Shown in pieces: positions 20,337 to 29,972 of a stretch of 64,000 bases of DNA. Below the pieces are notes generated by a model. It was given only the letters and a program-made list of their open reading frames with translations. It was not told the DNA's origin and made no database searches. Within the stretch, counting starts at the first letter, position 1. Each line of letters begins with the position of its first letter. Source of the stretch: an uncultured Pelagibacteraceae bacterium (GTDB taxonomy: Bacteria > Pseudomonadota > Alphaproteobacteria > Pelagibacterales > Pelagibacteraceae); NCBI GenBank assembly GCA_902591695.1, contig CACJBQ010000003.1:11951-75950 (forward strand), given 5' to 3'. Both the position numbers and the translations under genes were made by a program.

Positions 20337-21695
20337 TTAGCCTTTTACAACTTCTCTTGTATTTGCGTTGAAAGATTCTTTGAATGGAATATCCACAACT
20401 ACAGCATCTACAGGCGTTCCTGGAGTGTCCGAGTATTTTTCTGGAAGATGTACTTTAAACTTAGTTCCAATTTTATTTTTTGGAAATCCATTAGGGTTTA
20501 AAGTTCCATCAAACGGAACATATCCCATTGCAATATTGGTTTTCTTCTCAGGATGCCACCATGGTGAAGTAAGAAATCCAACTGGTTCTCCACCACTTTC
20601 TGGTGATACTAGCCAAAAGTCTGGCGCATAATCGTCAATTGGTTTACCGCCTAACTCCATTCCAACTAATTGAAGTTTATATGGTTTTTTTCCAGCTTTT
20701 ATATCTGCTCCCATTTTCTCTAAAGCAGCTTTACCAACATAATCAGCTTTTTTATTCCATTCACCTTTACCAGATAATGAAACTTGATAACCTAAATTAC
20801 ATTGAAATGGATTATGTTGTTGATCCATGTCTTGTCCCCATGAAAGGATACCTGCTTGTATTCTTCTATGGTGAGCAGGTGCAATAACCATCAATTTATG
20901 TTTTTTTCCTGCATCTAATACTGCATTCCACATATCTTCTGCATATAAAGTTGCATTTCTTAAATATATCTCGTAACCAGCTTCTCCTGAAAAACCAGAT
21001 TGAGAAATTACACAACTTCTTCCACCAATTGTTGCTTCTGCTAATCCATAGAAAGGCATATTATCAAAATCAACTTGGTCACCACAAAGGTCTTGCATTA
21101 AAGCTTTTGATTTAGGACCTTGTATTTGTACTGGACATGCATCAATTTCTTCAATTGTACAATTAAATTTTCCATCTGCATTTACACCTTGTAAATACAT
21201 TCCAATATCAGAGTCTGATAACGAAAACCAAAATTCATCTTTTGAAATTCTTAAAAGAATTGGATCGTTTAAAACTCCTCCGTAAGCATTACATAATATT
21301 ACATATCTTGCTCTCATAGGAGAAATTTTTGTTGCATCTCTAGTTATAACGTAGTCAGTAAATTTTTCTGCATCTGGACCTTTAACTCTTATTTGTCTTT
21401 CAACAGCTACATTCCACATTGTTACATGGTTAACGATTGCATCGTACTCAACCATTGCTCCACCATCTTCAGGTTTTACATAACCTCTTGGATGATAAAT
21501 TCTATTGTATACAGTTGCTCTCCAACAACCTGCCTGCATTGATAAATGCCAATAAGGTGACTTTCTCACCCTCGTTGAAATTAATAATTCAACTTTAGTT
21601 GGCCCACTTTGTCTTAAATTGTATGGTACTTCTCTATCAGATTGATCAACAGAAGTAACATGTTGTACTTTAGTATAGTCAAATTCTTTAGACAT
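20337..21695 (-). CDS. GcvT/DmdA-family THF-dependent demethylase (aminomethyltransferase)
   Basis: ISTRVRKSPY, WNVAVERQI, GPDA, QGPKS, SGFSGEAGYEIY, RRIQAG. Confidence 0.88.
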   Translation of the reverse strand: MSKEFDYTKVQHVTSVDQSDREVPYNLRQSGPTKVELLISTRVRKSPYWHLSMQAGCWRATVYNRIYHPRGYVKPEDGGAMVEYDAIVNHVTMWNVAVERQIRVKGPDAEKFTDYVITRDATKISPMRARYVILCNAYGGVLNDPILLRISKDEFWFSLSDSDIGMYLQGVNADGKFNCTIEEIDACPVQIQGPKSKALMQDLCGDQVDFDNMPFYGLAEATIGGRSCVISQSGFSGEAGYEIYLRNATLYAEDMWNAVLDAGKKHKLMVIAPAHHRRIQAGILSWGQDMDQQHNPFQCNLGYQVSLSGKGEWNKKADYVGKAALEKMGADIKAGKKPYKLQLVGMELGGKPIDDYAPDFWLVSPESGGEPVGFLTSPWWHPEKKTNIAMGYVPFDGTLNPNGFPKNKIGTKFKVHLPEKYSDTPGTPVDAVVVDIPFKESFNANTREVVKG

Positions 21696-22416
21696 AACTA
21701 TTCTCCTTCAACCACTTGTTAGTTTCCTTCAAGCCGCCGAATGTATAAATGTGGAAGTTATCAGTATGCGATTTAACTTTCCCAATTAAATCATTAGGGT
21801 CTTTAGGTTTCAGTAAATCTAATGCCTTAGTAAAATTAGATTTAAGAAAGTTAATGGAATTTTTTGCCCCTACGATATTAGCAAATTTGATTAAGCTAGA
21901 TATTTTTAATGGCCCAGTAATTCCCACATGCACTGGTACGCTTTGTTTAGAAATAAAATCTATAATAGGCTGAGGATCTAGCAACCACTGTGTTACAATA
22001 TAATCAGCGTAAGGCTTTTTATCTATCATAGCTTTTTCTAAATCTGAGTCGGATATATCAGGACTCCCCTCAGGATGTCCAGCAATTCCTATTTTCATTT
22101 TTTCAAAATAACCTGTCTCCAAAAGTTGAAATGAACTATCAAATTTACCTGCTGGTTCTCTCCCGCCTCCAATAATTAGGGCTTGCTTTACGCCTCCATC
22201 TTTGCATCTAGAAACATAATCTTTAAGTTCTTTTTCATTATGCATTGATCTAGCAGGAAAATGAGGAACGGGGTTAAATCCTTTTTTTACAAGTTCTACT
22301 GCTTTATCAGCAGTCTCTCTATAATCACCTCCAGGTAGCATTGTAATATAAATGTCAGACAATGCTGGAACTGTATCAACTTCTGTTTTAGGTCCAATTT
22401 CCAATGAAAAATTCAT
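21688..22416 (-). CDS. metF: Short methylenetetrahydrofolate reductase-family protein
   Basis: PVPHFPAR, AGHPEGSP, VTQW, HIYTFGG. Confidence 0.8.
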   Translation of the reverse strand: MNFSLEIGPKTEVDTVPALSDIYITMLPGGDYRETADKAVELVKKGFNPVPHFPARSMHNEKELKDYVSRCKDGGVKQALIIGGGREPAGKFDSSFQLLETGYFEKMKIGIAGHPEGSPDISDSDLEKAMIDKKPYADYIVTQWLLDPQPIIDFISKQSVPVHVGITGPLKISSLIKFANIVGAKNSINFLKSNFTKALDLLKPKDPNDLIGKVKSHTDNFHIYTFGGLKETNKWLKENSYV

Positions 22417-22473
22417 AGTGAAGATCTTTATTTATTTTGAAATATGAGTCTAGAAAAATCGATTGAGACTAAT

Positions 22474-23361
22474 TTACTTTTTTAACTGACCTCTGTGCTT
22501 TTGAATTCTTTGTCCGTACTGTTGAGTTACTCTATCAAAGATAATTGCGAGAGCTACGATTGCTAAACCATTCATCATTCCAAGTGCTAAATACTGGTTG
22601 GAAATAGCCTGTAAAATAGGGACTCCCAAGCCTTTTACACCTATCATTGAAGCAATCACTACCATTGCTAAAGCCATCATAATCGTTTGGTTTATCCCAG
22701 CAAAAATAGTTGGTAGAGAAAGAGGGATTTGAACAGATCTTAATTTTTGCATTGGTGTTGCCCCAAAAGCTTCGCTAGCCTCTAAAGTCTCTTTATCAAC
22801 TTCTCGAATTCCAAGGTTTGTTAATCTAACGATTGGAGGTAGAGCATAAATACAAACTGCGAGCAGTCCTGGAACTTTACCAATACCAAGAAGCATAATT
22901 ATTGGAATCAAATATACGAAGCTCGGTATTGTTTGCATCATATCTAAAACAGGTAAAATTGCTTTTTCTGCTCTTGCTGATTTTGACATTAAAACCCCAA
23001 TTGGAATTCCTACAACTATACAAACTAAAGTAGAAACAGAAATAATTGCTACTGTTGCCATGCAATTTTTCCACATACCAAAATAACCAATTACTATAAA
23101 ACAAACAACTGTTCCAATTACTAGCTTGATACTTCTAGATCCTATCCATGCTAACAATCCAAAAACTGCAATTACAATTGGCCAAGGAGTATTAACTAAA
23201 AGTTTTTCTAACCATATTAAAAAATATAAAAGTGGATCAAAAAATCCTTCTATGGCATCACCATATGCCCTCGAGAACTCTTTAAAACTAAAATCAATAC
23301 TTTTTTTTAACTCCCTAAGGGCTGTTCTATCCATTACAGGGATTTTATTAAAGAATTCCAT
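22474..23361 (-). CDS. ProW/OpuAB-type betaine ABC transporter permease
   Basis: PVLDMMQTIPSFVYLIP, EAA loop EASEAFGATPMQKL, GINQTIMMALAMVV. Confidence 0.92.
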   Translation of the reverse strand: MEFFNKIPVMDRTALRELKKSIDFSFKEFSRAYGDAIEGFFDPLLYFLIWLEKLLVNTPWPIVIAVFGLLAWIGSRSIKLVIGTVVCFIVIGYFGMWKNCMATVAIISVSTLVCIVVGIPIGVLMSKSARAEKAILPVLDMMQTIPSFVYLIPIIMLLGIGKVPGLLAVCIYALPPIVRLTNLGIREVDKETLEASEAFGATPMQKLRSVQIPLSLPTIFAGINQTIMMALAMVVIASMIGVKGLGVPILQAISNQYLALGMMNGLAIVALAIIFDRVTQQYGQRIQKHRGQLKK

Positions 23362-23377
23362 ATAAACTTTTTATTTA

Positions 23378-23406
23378 ATTGAACCCGTTTAAAAAACGGG
23401 TTCAAT
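23378..23406 (-). terminator. Intercistronic hairpin after the binding-protein gene (terminator or mRNA stabiliser)
   Basis: 13-bp perfect stem ATTGAACCCGTTT/AAACGGGTTCAAT. Confidence 0.7.
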
Positions 23407-23418
23407 AATATTTTAAAA

Positions 23419-24429
23419 TTAAAGTGCTTTTTTTATTTTTTTTGCAGCATCACTTGAAACCCATTTACTCCAAACACTTTCTTGTGTTTTTAGGAATTCA
23501 ATAGCAGCATCAGCACCTTCTGCTTGGTTTTCACCCATCCAAACTAACATACCATTCATAACTGTTCCTGGATAAGTTCTTTTCTTGAAATATTCCATTC
23601 CAGCACTTCCAGCAGTGTTTTTGAAATTATCTGTTACTACAGTGAAAACTTCAGATTTTACCCATGAAGATTTTTTAGGGTCGGCACACTCTTGTTCAGG
23701 TTTAACTAAACAGTTATCCCAATTGTCTTTACCACCCCATTCACCCATATCTACAGCTTGCATATCATATTTACCGATTAAAGCTGTTGGTGACCAATAG
23801 TAACCAAACCAGTTTTCTCCTCTTTCAGCAGCTTTTGCAATTGAACCGTCAAGTCCTGCAGCAGAACCTGTTTCAACAATAGCCCAACCTTTAGCTTCCA
23901 TGTCCCAAGCTCTGAAGTGGTTTCTGTTACTTAATTCACAGTTCCATCCTGGAGGACAAATATGGAAACCACCTTTTGATGGATCCTCTGGGTGAGGAAA
24001 TAGATCTGGTCTTGCTAAAATTGCTTCAGCAGTTGTAAGCTCTGGATGCTTTTTAAGTGTGTGAGGTAATACCCACCATCCTTCACCTAAACCTGTAATT
24101 GGAGCTTTATTGATTGAATGCATTTTGCCTTCATCAACAGCTTTGTTCAATGCCACGATAGCAGCATTTGCCCAAAACTCAGGAGCAACATCTGGCTCAC
24201 CTTTTTCTTGCATAGATGTAAACGTAGGCATTGTAGCACCAGGTACTAATTCTACTGAACATCCATAACCTTCTTCTAATATGATCTTATCAACTTCAGC
24301 CATAAAGTTTGCTGAAGCCCAGTTCATATTGGCAATCGTTATATTTCCACAAGCTGCGTTCGCAACACTTCCAAAAGAAGTAAGACCAAACACAACAGCT
24401 AGTGAAAGAAGTATTCTTTTAATCTTCAT
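23419..24429 (-). CDS. Betaine/proline-betaine/histidine-type (OpuAC/HisX-like) ABC substrate-binding protein
   Basis: Signal peptide, MNWASA, PDVAPEFW, CPPGWNC, GYYWSP; GGGAGA RBS before ATG 24429. Confidence 0.85.
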   Translation of the reverse strand: MKIKRILLSLAVVFGLTSFGSVANAACGNITIANMNWASANFMAEVDKIILEEGYGCSVELVPGATMPTFTSMQEKGEPDVAPEFWANAAIVALNKAVDEGKMHSINKAPITGLGEGWWVLPHTLKKHPELTTAEAILARPDLFPHPEDPSKGGFHICPPGWNCELSNRNHFRAWDMEAKGWAIVETGSAAGLDGSIAKAAERGENWFGYYWSPTALIGKYDMQAVDMGEWGGKDNWDNCLVKPEQECADPKKSSWVKSEVFTVVTDNFKNTAGSAGMEYFKKRTYPGTVMNGMLVWMGENQAEGADAAIEFLKTQESVWSKWVSSDAAKKIKKAL

Positions 24430-24701
24430 TATATCTCCCAACATTTGATTCATTTAAAAGTTAAATTGAACATATTGAGGATAATAATGCAAATTTAATT
24501 CAACTATCGGTTGAAGTTAAATTGTCTTTAACTGCACTAAATTTTTGGTTAAAGTTTGAAATGACTTTTTCTGCGAACTTTTTTTTCAAAGAGTTTGTGT
24601 ATATTTTAAATTGTAAAACTGTTTTTCAACAAATCATAATTAGAGAAAGATAATTTTTAAACCTCGATTAATTTTTTAATTAATTAAAAAAAAGGAGGTT
24701 T

Positions 24702-25889
24702 ATGAATTTAAATAAAAAATTATCAGACATCTTAGATCCCAATAAAATAGAAGTTGTTAAAAATCCTATAGACAAAGCTCATGGATTACCTAACGAATGC
24801 TATTTGAATAATGATTATTTAGAGTTTGAGAAAGAAAAAATATTTAAAAATAATTGGACGATGATTGGGGTTGCAAGTTCTGTACCAAATCCAGGTGATG
24901 CAAAACCTTTTAATCTTTTAGGGATACCAATACTAATAGTTAGAAACAAAGAGAATGAAGTAAAAGTTTTTCATAATGTTTGTAGTCATAGAGGTTTCAA
25001 ATTAGTTGATCAGGAATGTAAATTAAAAAACGTTATAAGATGCCCTTATCATTCTTGGTCCTATGATTTTAATGGAAAATTAACTGTCACTCCACATATA
25101 GGAGGACTAGGAAAACATGAAATTGAAGGGTTTGATAAAAACAAGAGTAACTTAAAAGAAATTAAATCAAATATTTGGATGGATTTAATTTTTATCAATA
25201 TTAATTCTAACGCAAAACCATTTGAAGATTTTATTAAACCTCTAGAGGATAGATGGTCTAAGTTTATTTCCAAAAAAGATCAAAAACTAATAAGACATTC
25301 ATCTGATAACGGATATTTTAATATGACAGTAAATAGTAATTGGAAATTTGCAATTGAGAATTATTGTGAAAGCTATCATTTGCCGTGGATACATCCAGAG
25401 CTAAATAAAGTTTCGAATATTTCAGATCACTATCATATTGAGGATGAGAATTTTAATTTTTCAGGACAGGGAAGTAATAAATATTTACAGCAGTTCGATG
25501 GAAATATTAAATTTAAATGCTTTCCCAATTGGCCAACTGAACTTTCTGAAAAATCTGAATATGTATCATTATATCCAAACGTAATGTTAGGAATACATAT
25601 TGATCATTTCTATGCATTTTGGTTAGAGCCAATTTCTAACAATCAAACTAAAGAACATTTTGAACTATATTATGTTGGAGATGAAAGTGCTTCTAGTGAT
25701 GAGTTTAAAGATATAAGAGAAAAAAATTTTGCATTTTGGCAAGAAGTTATGAATGAAGATGTAACTGCAATAGAAGGAATGCAAAAGGGGCGAAATTCTC
25801 CAGCTTACAATGGTGGGAATTTTTCACCTGTAATGGATACTCCTACTTTGATGTTTCATAAGTGGGTTGCAACCAACTTAACAAAATGA
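24702..25889 (+). CDS. Rieske non-heme iron oxygenase alpha subunit, quaternary-amine (choline/betaine/carnitine monooxygenase) type
   Basis: CSH...CPYH Rieske ligands; NWK..ENYCESYH.PWIH mononuclear Fe site; AAGGAGG RBS. Confidence 0.88.
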   Translation: MNLNKKLSDILDPNKIEVVKNPIDKAHGLPNECYLNNDYLEFEKEKIFKNNWTMIGVASSVPNPGDAKPFNLLGIPILIVRNKENEVKVFHNVCSHRGFKLVDQECKLKNVIRCPYHSWSYDFNGKLTVTPHIGGLGKHEIEGFDKNKSNLKEIKSNIWMDLIFININSNAKPFEDFIKPLEDRWSKFISKKDQKLIRHSSDNGYFNMTVNSNWKFAIENYCESYHLPWIHPELNKVSNISDHYHIEDENFNFSGQGSNKYLQQFDGNIKFKCFPNWPTELSEKSEYVSLYPNVMLGIHIDHFYAFWLEPISNNQTKEHFELYYVGDESASSDEFKDIREKNFAFWQEVMNEDVTAIEGMQKGRNSPAYNGGNFSPVMDTPTLMFHKWVATNLTK

Positions 25890-25900
25890 GAGGGTAAATT

Positions 25901-26941
25901 ATGAAAAAAGATTTAATTACAAGATTAAATGAAGGTCCTATCATGTGTGCAGAAGGTTACCTTTTTGCAATGGAAAGAAGAGGTTATCTTTCAGCAGGGC
26001 CATTTGTTCCAGAAGTGGTTTTAGAACATCCAGAGGTAGTAACGCAGCTACATAGAGAATTTATCAGAGCAGGTTCAGATGTTGTTCAAGCATTTACTTA
26101 CTATGGTCATAGAGAAAAGCTTCGAATAATTGGTAAAGAACATTTGTTAGAACCAATGCAAAAAAACGCACTTAAAATTGCAAAGGATGCTGCTGCCGAG
26201 TTCAAAGATTTAGACTTGATGGTTTGTGGAGATGTTGCAAACACAAATGTATTTGATCCTGGTGATGCAAATACTCATAAACAGTGTCAACATATGTATG
26301 AAGAACAAGTTGCTTGGGCAAAAGAAGCTGGTGTTGATTTTGTTATTGCTGAAACAATTAGTTGGACTGACGAAATGAAAATTGCATTAAAAGCAATTAA
26401 AGATGCTGGACTTATTGCAGTTTGTAATTTTGCAATTCCTAGAGGAGACAAAACTAGAGAAGGACATAGTGCTGAAGATGCATGTAAGATGATGGAAGAT
26501 CTAGGTGCTGATGTTGTTGGTTTAAATTGTTATAGAGGACCTGAGATGACAATGAAACTTTTAAAAAAGGTAAGAGATAAAGTTTCATGCCATGTATCAG
26601 GACTTCCTGTTCCTTATAGAACTACTGAAGAAGAACCTGGTTTCTTGAATATTACTGATCATGGATGTGACTGTATTCCAGGTGGAAATGCATTTCCAGT
26701 TGCTTTAGATAATTTATTTTGTAACAGATTTGAAATGGCAGAGTTTGCAAAAGATTGTGTAAAAAATAAAATAAATTTTATTGGTATTTGTTGTGGAGCT
26801 GAAGCTCACCATGTCAGAGAAATGTCAGTTGCGATTGGAAAGAAACCAATTTCAATGAAATACATGCCTGACATGAGCAAACATTTTCATCATGGCACTG
26901 ATAAATCTTTGAAAAAAGTAAACAAGGAAATTAAATATTAA
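25901..26941 (+). CDS. bhmT: Betaine-homocysteine S-methyltransferase family
   Basis: ERRGY.SAGPF.PE, QLHREFIRAGSDV, Zn ligands GLNC and GICCG. Confidence 0.82.
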   Translation: MKKDLITRLNEGPIMCAEGYLFAMERRGYLSAGPFVPEVVLEHPEVVTQLHREFIRAGSDVVQAFTYYGHREKLRIIGKEHLLEPMQKNALKIAKDAAAEFKDLDLMVCGDVANTNVFDPGDANTHKQCQHMYEEQVAWAKEAGVDFVIAETISWTDEMKIALKAIKDAGLIAVCNFAIPRGDKTREGHSAEDACKMMEDLGADVVGLNCYRGPEMTMKLLKKVRDKVSCHVSGLPVPYRTTEEEPGFLNITDHGCDCIPGGNAFPVALDNLFCNRFEMAEFAKDCVKNKINFIGICCGAEAHHVREMSVAIGKKPISMKYMPDMSKHFHHGTDKSLKKVNKEIKY

Positions 26942-29346
26942 TGGAAAAGCATGCCAAAGTAGTAATTATAGGTGGAGGAGTAGTTGGGTGTTCTATTCTC
27001 TACCATTTATCTAAATTTGGATTAAAGGATTGTCTTTTACTTGAGAGAAATGAATTAACATCAGGTTCTTCGTGGCATGCTGCAGGTAATGTTCATGTAA
27101 TTTCATCTGATCCTAATATTTCTCGGATGATGGCCTACACAATAGGTTTATATAAAGAGATTGAAAAAGAATCTGGTCACTCAACTGGATTTAAACCTAG
27201 CGGGGGTTTTTATTTAGCATCAAATGAAGTTTGGGCCGATTATTTAAAGAGGGAAAGATCAAAAGCAAGATACATGGGGCTTGACCAAGAATTTATTTCT
27301 TTAGAGGAGGTAAAAAAAAAACATCCATTAATTGATCCGTCTAGATATTTATTGGCATTATGGGATCCTATTGATGGTGAAGTTGATCCATCAGGAGTTA
27401 CGTATGCTTTTGCAAAAGCTGCAAAAGTTCATGGTGGAAAATATTACACTCATACTATTGTTAAAGATACGAAACAAAAAAAAGATGGAACATGGGATGT
27501 CTTTACTGAAAAAGGAAACATCAATGCTGAAATAGTGATTAATGCGGGTGGTTTGTGGGCAAGAGAAGTTGGCCAACTAGCTGGGATTAATCTTCCAGTA
27601 CAACCAATGGAGCATCATTATTTAATCACTGAACCTATTCCAGAAATTGAAGCAATGGGTGACAAAAGATTGCCAATTGGAACAGATTTTGAGGGAAATA
27701 TTTACTTTAGACAAGAAGGTAAGGGAATGTTGCTTGGAACCTATGAGCCAAAATCAACTCCTTGGAAAGTAGAAGGTACACCAATGAATTTTGGACATGA
27801 GTTACTTGAGCCTAAGTTAGATAATATTCAGGATAGATTGGCTATTGGTTTTGAAAGAATGCCAGCGCTAGAACGTGCAGGAATAAAAAATATAGTTAAT
27901 GGACCTTTTACTTTTGGTCCAGATGGAAGTCCTCTGATTGGTCCAGTGCCAGGGATGAAAAATTATTGGGTTGCGGTTGGTGTTATGGCTGGATTTTGTC
28001 AAGGTGGTGGTGTTGGAAAATGTATAGCAGAATGGATTATTGATGGAGAACCTTCTATAGATGTTTGGGCAATGGATGTAGCTCGTTTTGGAGATTATGC
28101 TTCTCCTCAATATGGAACTATTAAATCTTCAGAAAATTATGAGCGAAGATTTATCATGACTTTTCCAAATGAAACTTTACCAAAAGGAAGAAAGCAAAAA
28201 ACTACTGCACTTTATGATCGTTTTGTAAATCAAGGTGCTGTTATGGGAGATAGTTTTGGTTTGGAAAACGTTTTGTGGTTTGCAAATAATAAAGAAGATG
28301 CTCACGAAGAGCCTACTATTAAAAGATCAAGATCACATGACTACGTTTCAAAAGAAGTTATTAATGTGAGAGAAAATGTTGGTTTAATCGAAGTTGCTAA
28401 CTTTTCAAAACATGAATTCAAAGGTCCTGATGCTAGAAAGTTTTTAGATCATATAATGGCTGGAAGACTTCCAAAACCTGGAAGAATATCTTTGTCACCG
28501 ATGTTGTCATATAGAGGAAAGTTATGTGGTGATTTAACGGTTGCTTGTTTAGATGAAAATGAATTCATGGTATTTGGTTCTGGTGCTGCTCAAGAAATGC
28601 ATAGACGTTGGTTTGAGAGTCATTTAGATAAATTTAATTTAAGTTATTCTAATAGATCTGATGAGTATCATGGATTATCTATTGCAGGACCTAATTCAAG
28701 GAAGGTTTTGGAAAAAATTGTAAGAGATGATGTTTCAAATGATAAATTTAAATTTAGAGACTCAAGAAGAATGTTTGTTGGCGGAGTTCCAGCAATAATA
28801 AATAGAATTTCGTTTACTGGCGAACTTGGATATGAAATTTATGTAGCACCTCACTATCAATTAAAACTTTATGAAGAATTAATCGAAGCTGGCAAAGAAT
28901 TTAATATTAAACCATTTGGAGGAAGAGCATTAATGTCAATGAGGTTAGAGAAAAATTGGGGAGCTTGGACTTTAGATTATAGACCAGATTTTACAGCAAA
29001 AGAGACAGGCTTAGATCTTTTTATTAATTGGGATAAAGAGTTTATTGGTAAAGAAAGTGCACAAAAGGAAAATTCTTCAAACAAACTTACACCATTAATT
29101 GTTGAAACAAATGATATTGATGTAACAAATAATGAAGCCGTGATGAATGGCGATCGAAGTATTGGTTATGTAACTTCAGGTGGTTTTGCTCACTTTGTAA
29201 ATAAAAGTGTAGCGTTTACTTTTATTGATCAAAAAAACATTAATTCTGAAAATAAAATTCAAGTAGAGATAAATGGAGATTTATTTAATTGTTCAATTAT
29301 TAAAGAACCACTTTATGATCCAAGTGGTCAAAAAATGAGAAGCTAA
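26941..29346 (+). CDS. Dimethylglycine/sarcosine dehydrogenase family flavoprotein (paralog 1)
   Basis: GGGVVG, LTSGSSWHAAG, FTFGPDG, C-terminal GcvT domain. Confidence 0.9.
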   Translation: MEKHAKVVIIGGGVVGCSILYHLSKFGLKDCLLLERNELTSGSSWHAAGNVHVISSDPNISRMMAYTIGLYKEIEKESGHSTGFKPSGGFYLASNEVWADYLKRERSKARYMGLDQEFISLEEVKKKHPLIDPSRYLLALWDPIDGEVDPSGVTYAFAKAAKVHGGKYYTHTIVKDTKQKKDGTWDVFTEKGNINAEIVINAGGLWAREVGQLAGINLPVQPMEHHYLITEPIPEIEAMGDKRLPIGTDFEGNIYFRQEGKGMLLGTYEPKSTPWKVEGTPMNFGHELLEPKLDNIQDRLAIGFERMPALERAGIKNIVNGPFTFGPDGSPLIGPVPGMKNYWVAVGVMAGFCQGGGVGKCIAEWIIDGEPSIDVWAMDVARFGDYASPQYGTIKSSENYERRFIMTFPNETLPKGRKQKTTALYDRFVNQGAVMGDSFGLENVLWFANNKEDAHEEPTIKRSRSHDYVSKEVINVRENVGLIEVANFSKHEFKGPDARKFLDHIMAGRLPKPGRISLSPMLSYRGKLCGDLTVACLDENEFMVFGSGAAQEMHRRWFESHLDKFNLSYSNRSDEYHGLSIAGPNSRKVLEKIVRDDVSNDKFKFRDSRRMFVGGVPAIINRISFTGELGYEIYVAPHYQLKLYEELIEAGKEFNIKPFGGRALMSMRLEKNWGAWTLDYRPDFTAKETGLDLFINWDKEFIGKESAQKENSSNKLTPLIVETNDIDVTNNEAVMNGDRSIGYVTSGGFAHFVNKSVAFTFIDQKNINSENKIQVEINGDLFNCSIIKEPLYDPSGQKMRS

Positions 29347-29972
29347 TGGCTCAAAAAGACGTAGGAAACAAAATTCCAATTTATAAGCTTAAAACTACTG
29401 ACGAAGTTATGAAGTACTACGATGAGTGGGGAGACAAAGATAAATACAACAAAGACATGGTTGATTGGAACTATACAGGGCCAAAAGAAACTGCAGAAAT
29501 ATTTAACAAATATGAGAAAGATAAAGATACTTTAATTTTTGATGCTGGATGTGGAACAGGTTTAGTGGGATTGGAGCTTAAAAAATATAGTTTTAAAAAT
29601 TTTCATGGAGCCGATTTATCTCAAACTTTATTAGATACTGTACCAAAAGATCTTTATCAAAAATTAGTAAAGGTTGATTTAAATAAACAAATAGAAGTTG
29701 AGAATAACTTTTATGGTGGAGTTATGTGTGTTGGAACATTTACTTTTGGGCATGTAAAACCAAATGCATTAGATGAATTTATAAGAATAACAAAACCAGG
29801 TGGTTTAATTTGTTTCACAATTAATGAAGGAATTCATGAAGAGTATGGTTTTGATAAAAAAATTGATATACTTAAAGATAGAAAGAAGTGGGAAGAAGTA
29901 GAATTTTTTAAATCCGACTACATTGCAAGCAAAGATGTTAACGCATGGTTAGGGTTGTATAGGGTATTATGA
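29346..29972 (+). CDS. Class I SAM-dependent methyltransferase
   Basis: YDEW, DAGCGTG motif I, KPGG. Confidence 0.88.
   Translation: MAQKDVGNKIPIYKLKTTDEVMKYYDEWGDKDKYNKDMVDWNYTGPKETAEIFNKYEKDKDTLIFDAGCGTGLVGLELKKYSFKNFHGADLSQTLLDTVPKDLYQKLVKVDLNKQIEVENNFYGGVMCVGTFTFGHVKPNALDEFIRITKPGGLICFTINEGIHEEYGFDKKIDILKDRKKWEEVEFFKSDYIASKDVNAWLGLYRVL

Noticed and set aside
20337-21695. Naming this gene dmdA or gcvT
   Set aside because: Longer than either, with an N-terminal extension, and no gcvH/gcvP nearby; only family-level call is supported
24430-24701. SAM-II/SAM-V or glycine riboswitch ahead of the Rieske-BHMT operon
   Set aside because: Only a loose TTGAAC..TATTG resemblance; I could not build the required stem and pseudoknot by eye; an Rfam scan would settle it
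25891-25898. 8-nt complementarity between the 48174..48181 loop (TTTACCCT) and the BHMT RBS region (AGGGTAAA)
   Set aside because: The same 8-mer occurs inside coding regions elsewhere (near 10610, 41744, 54783), so it is compatible with chance
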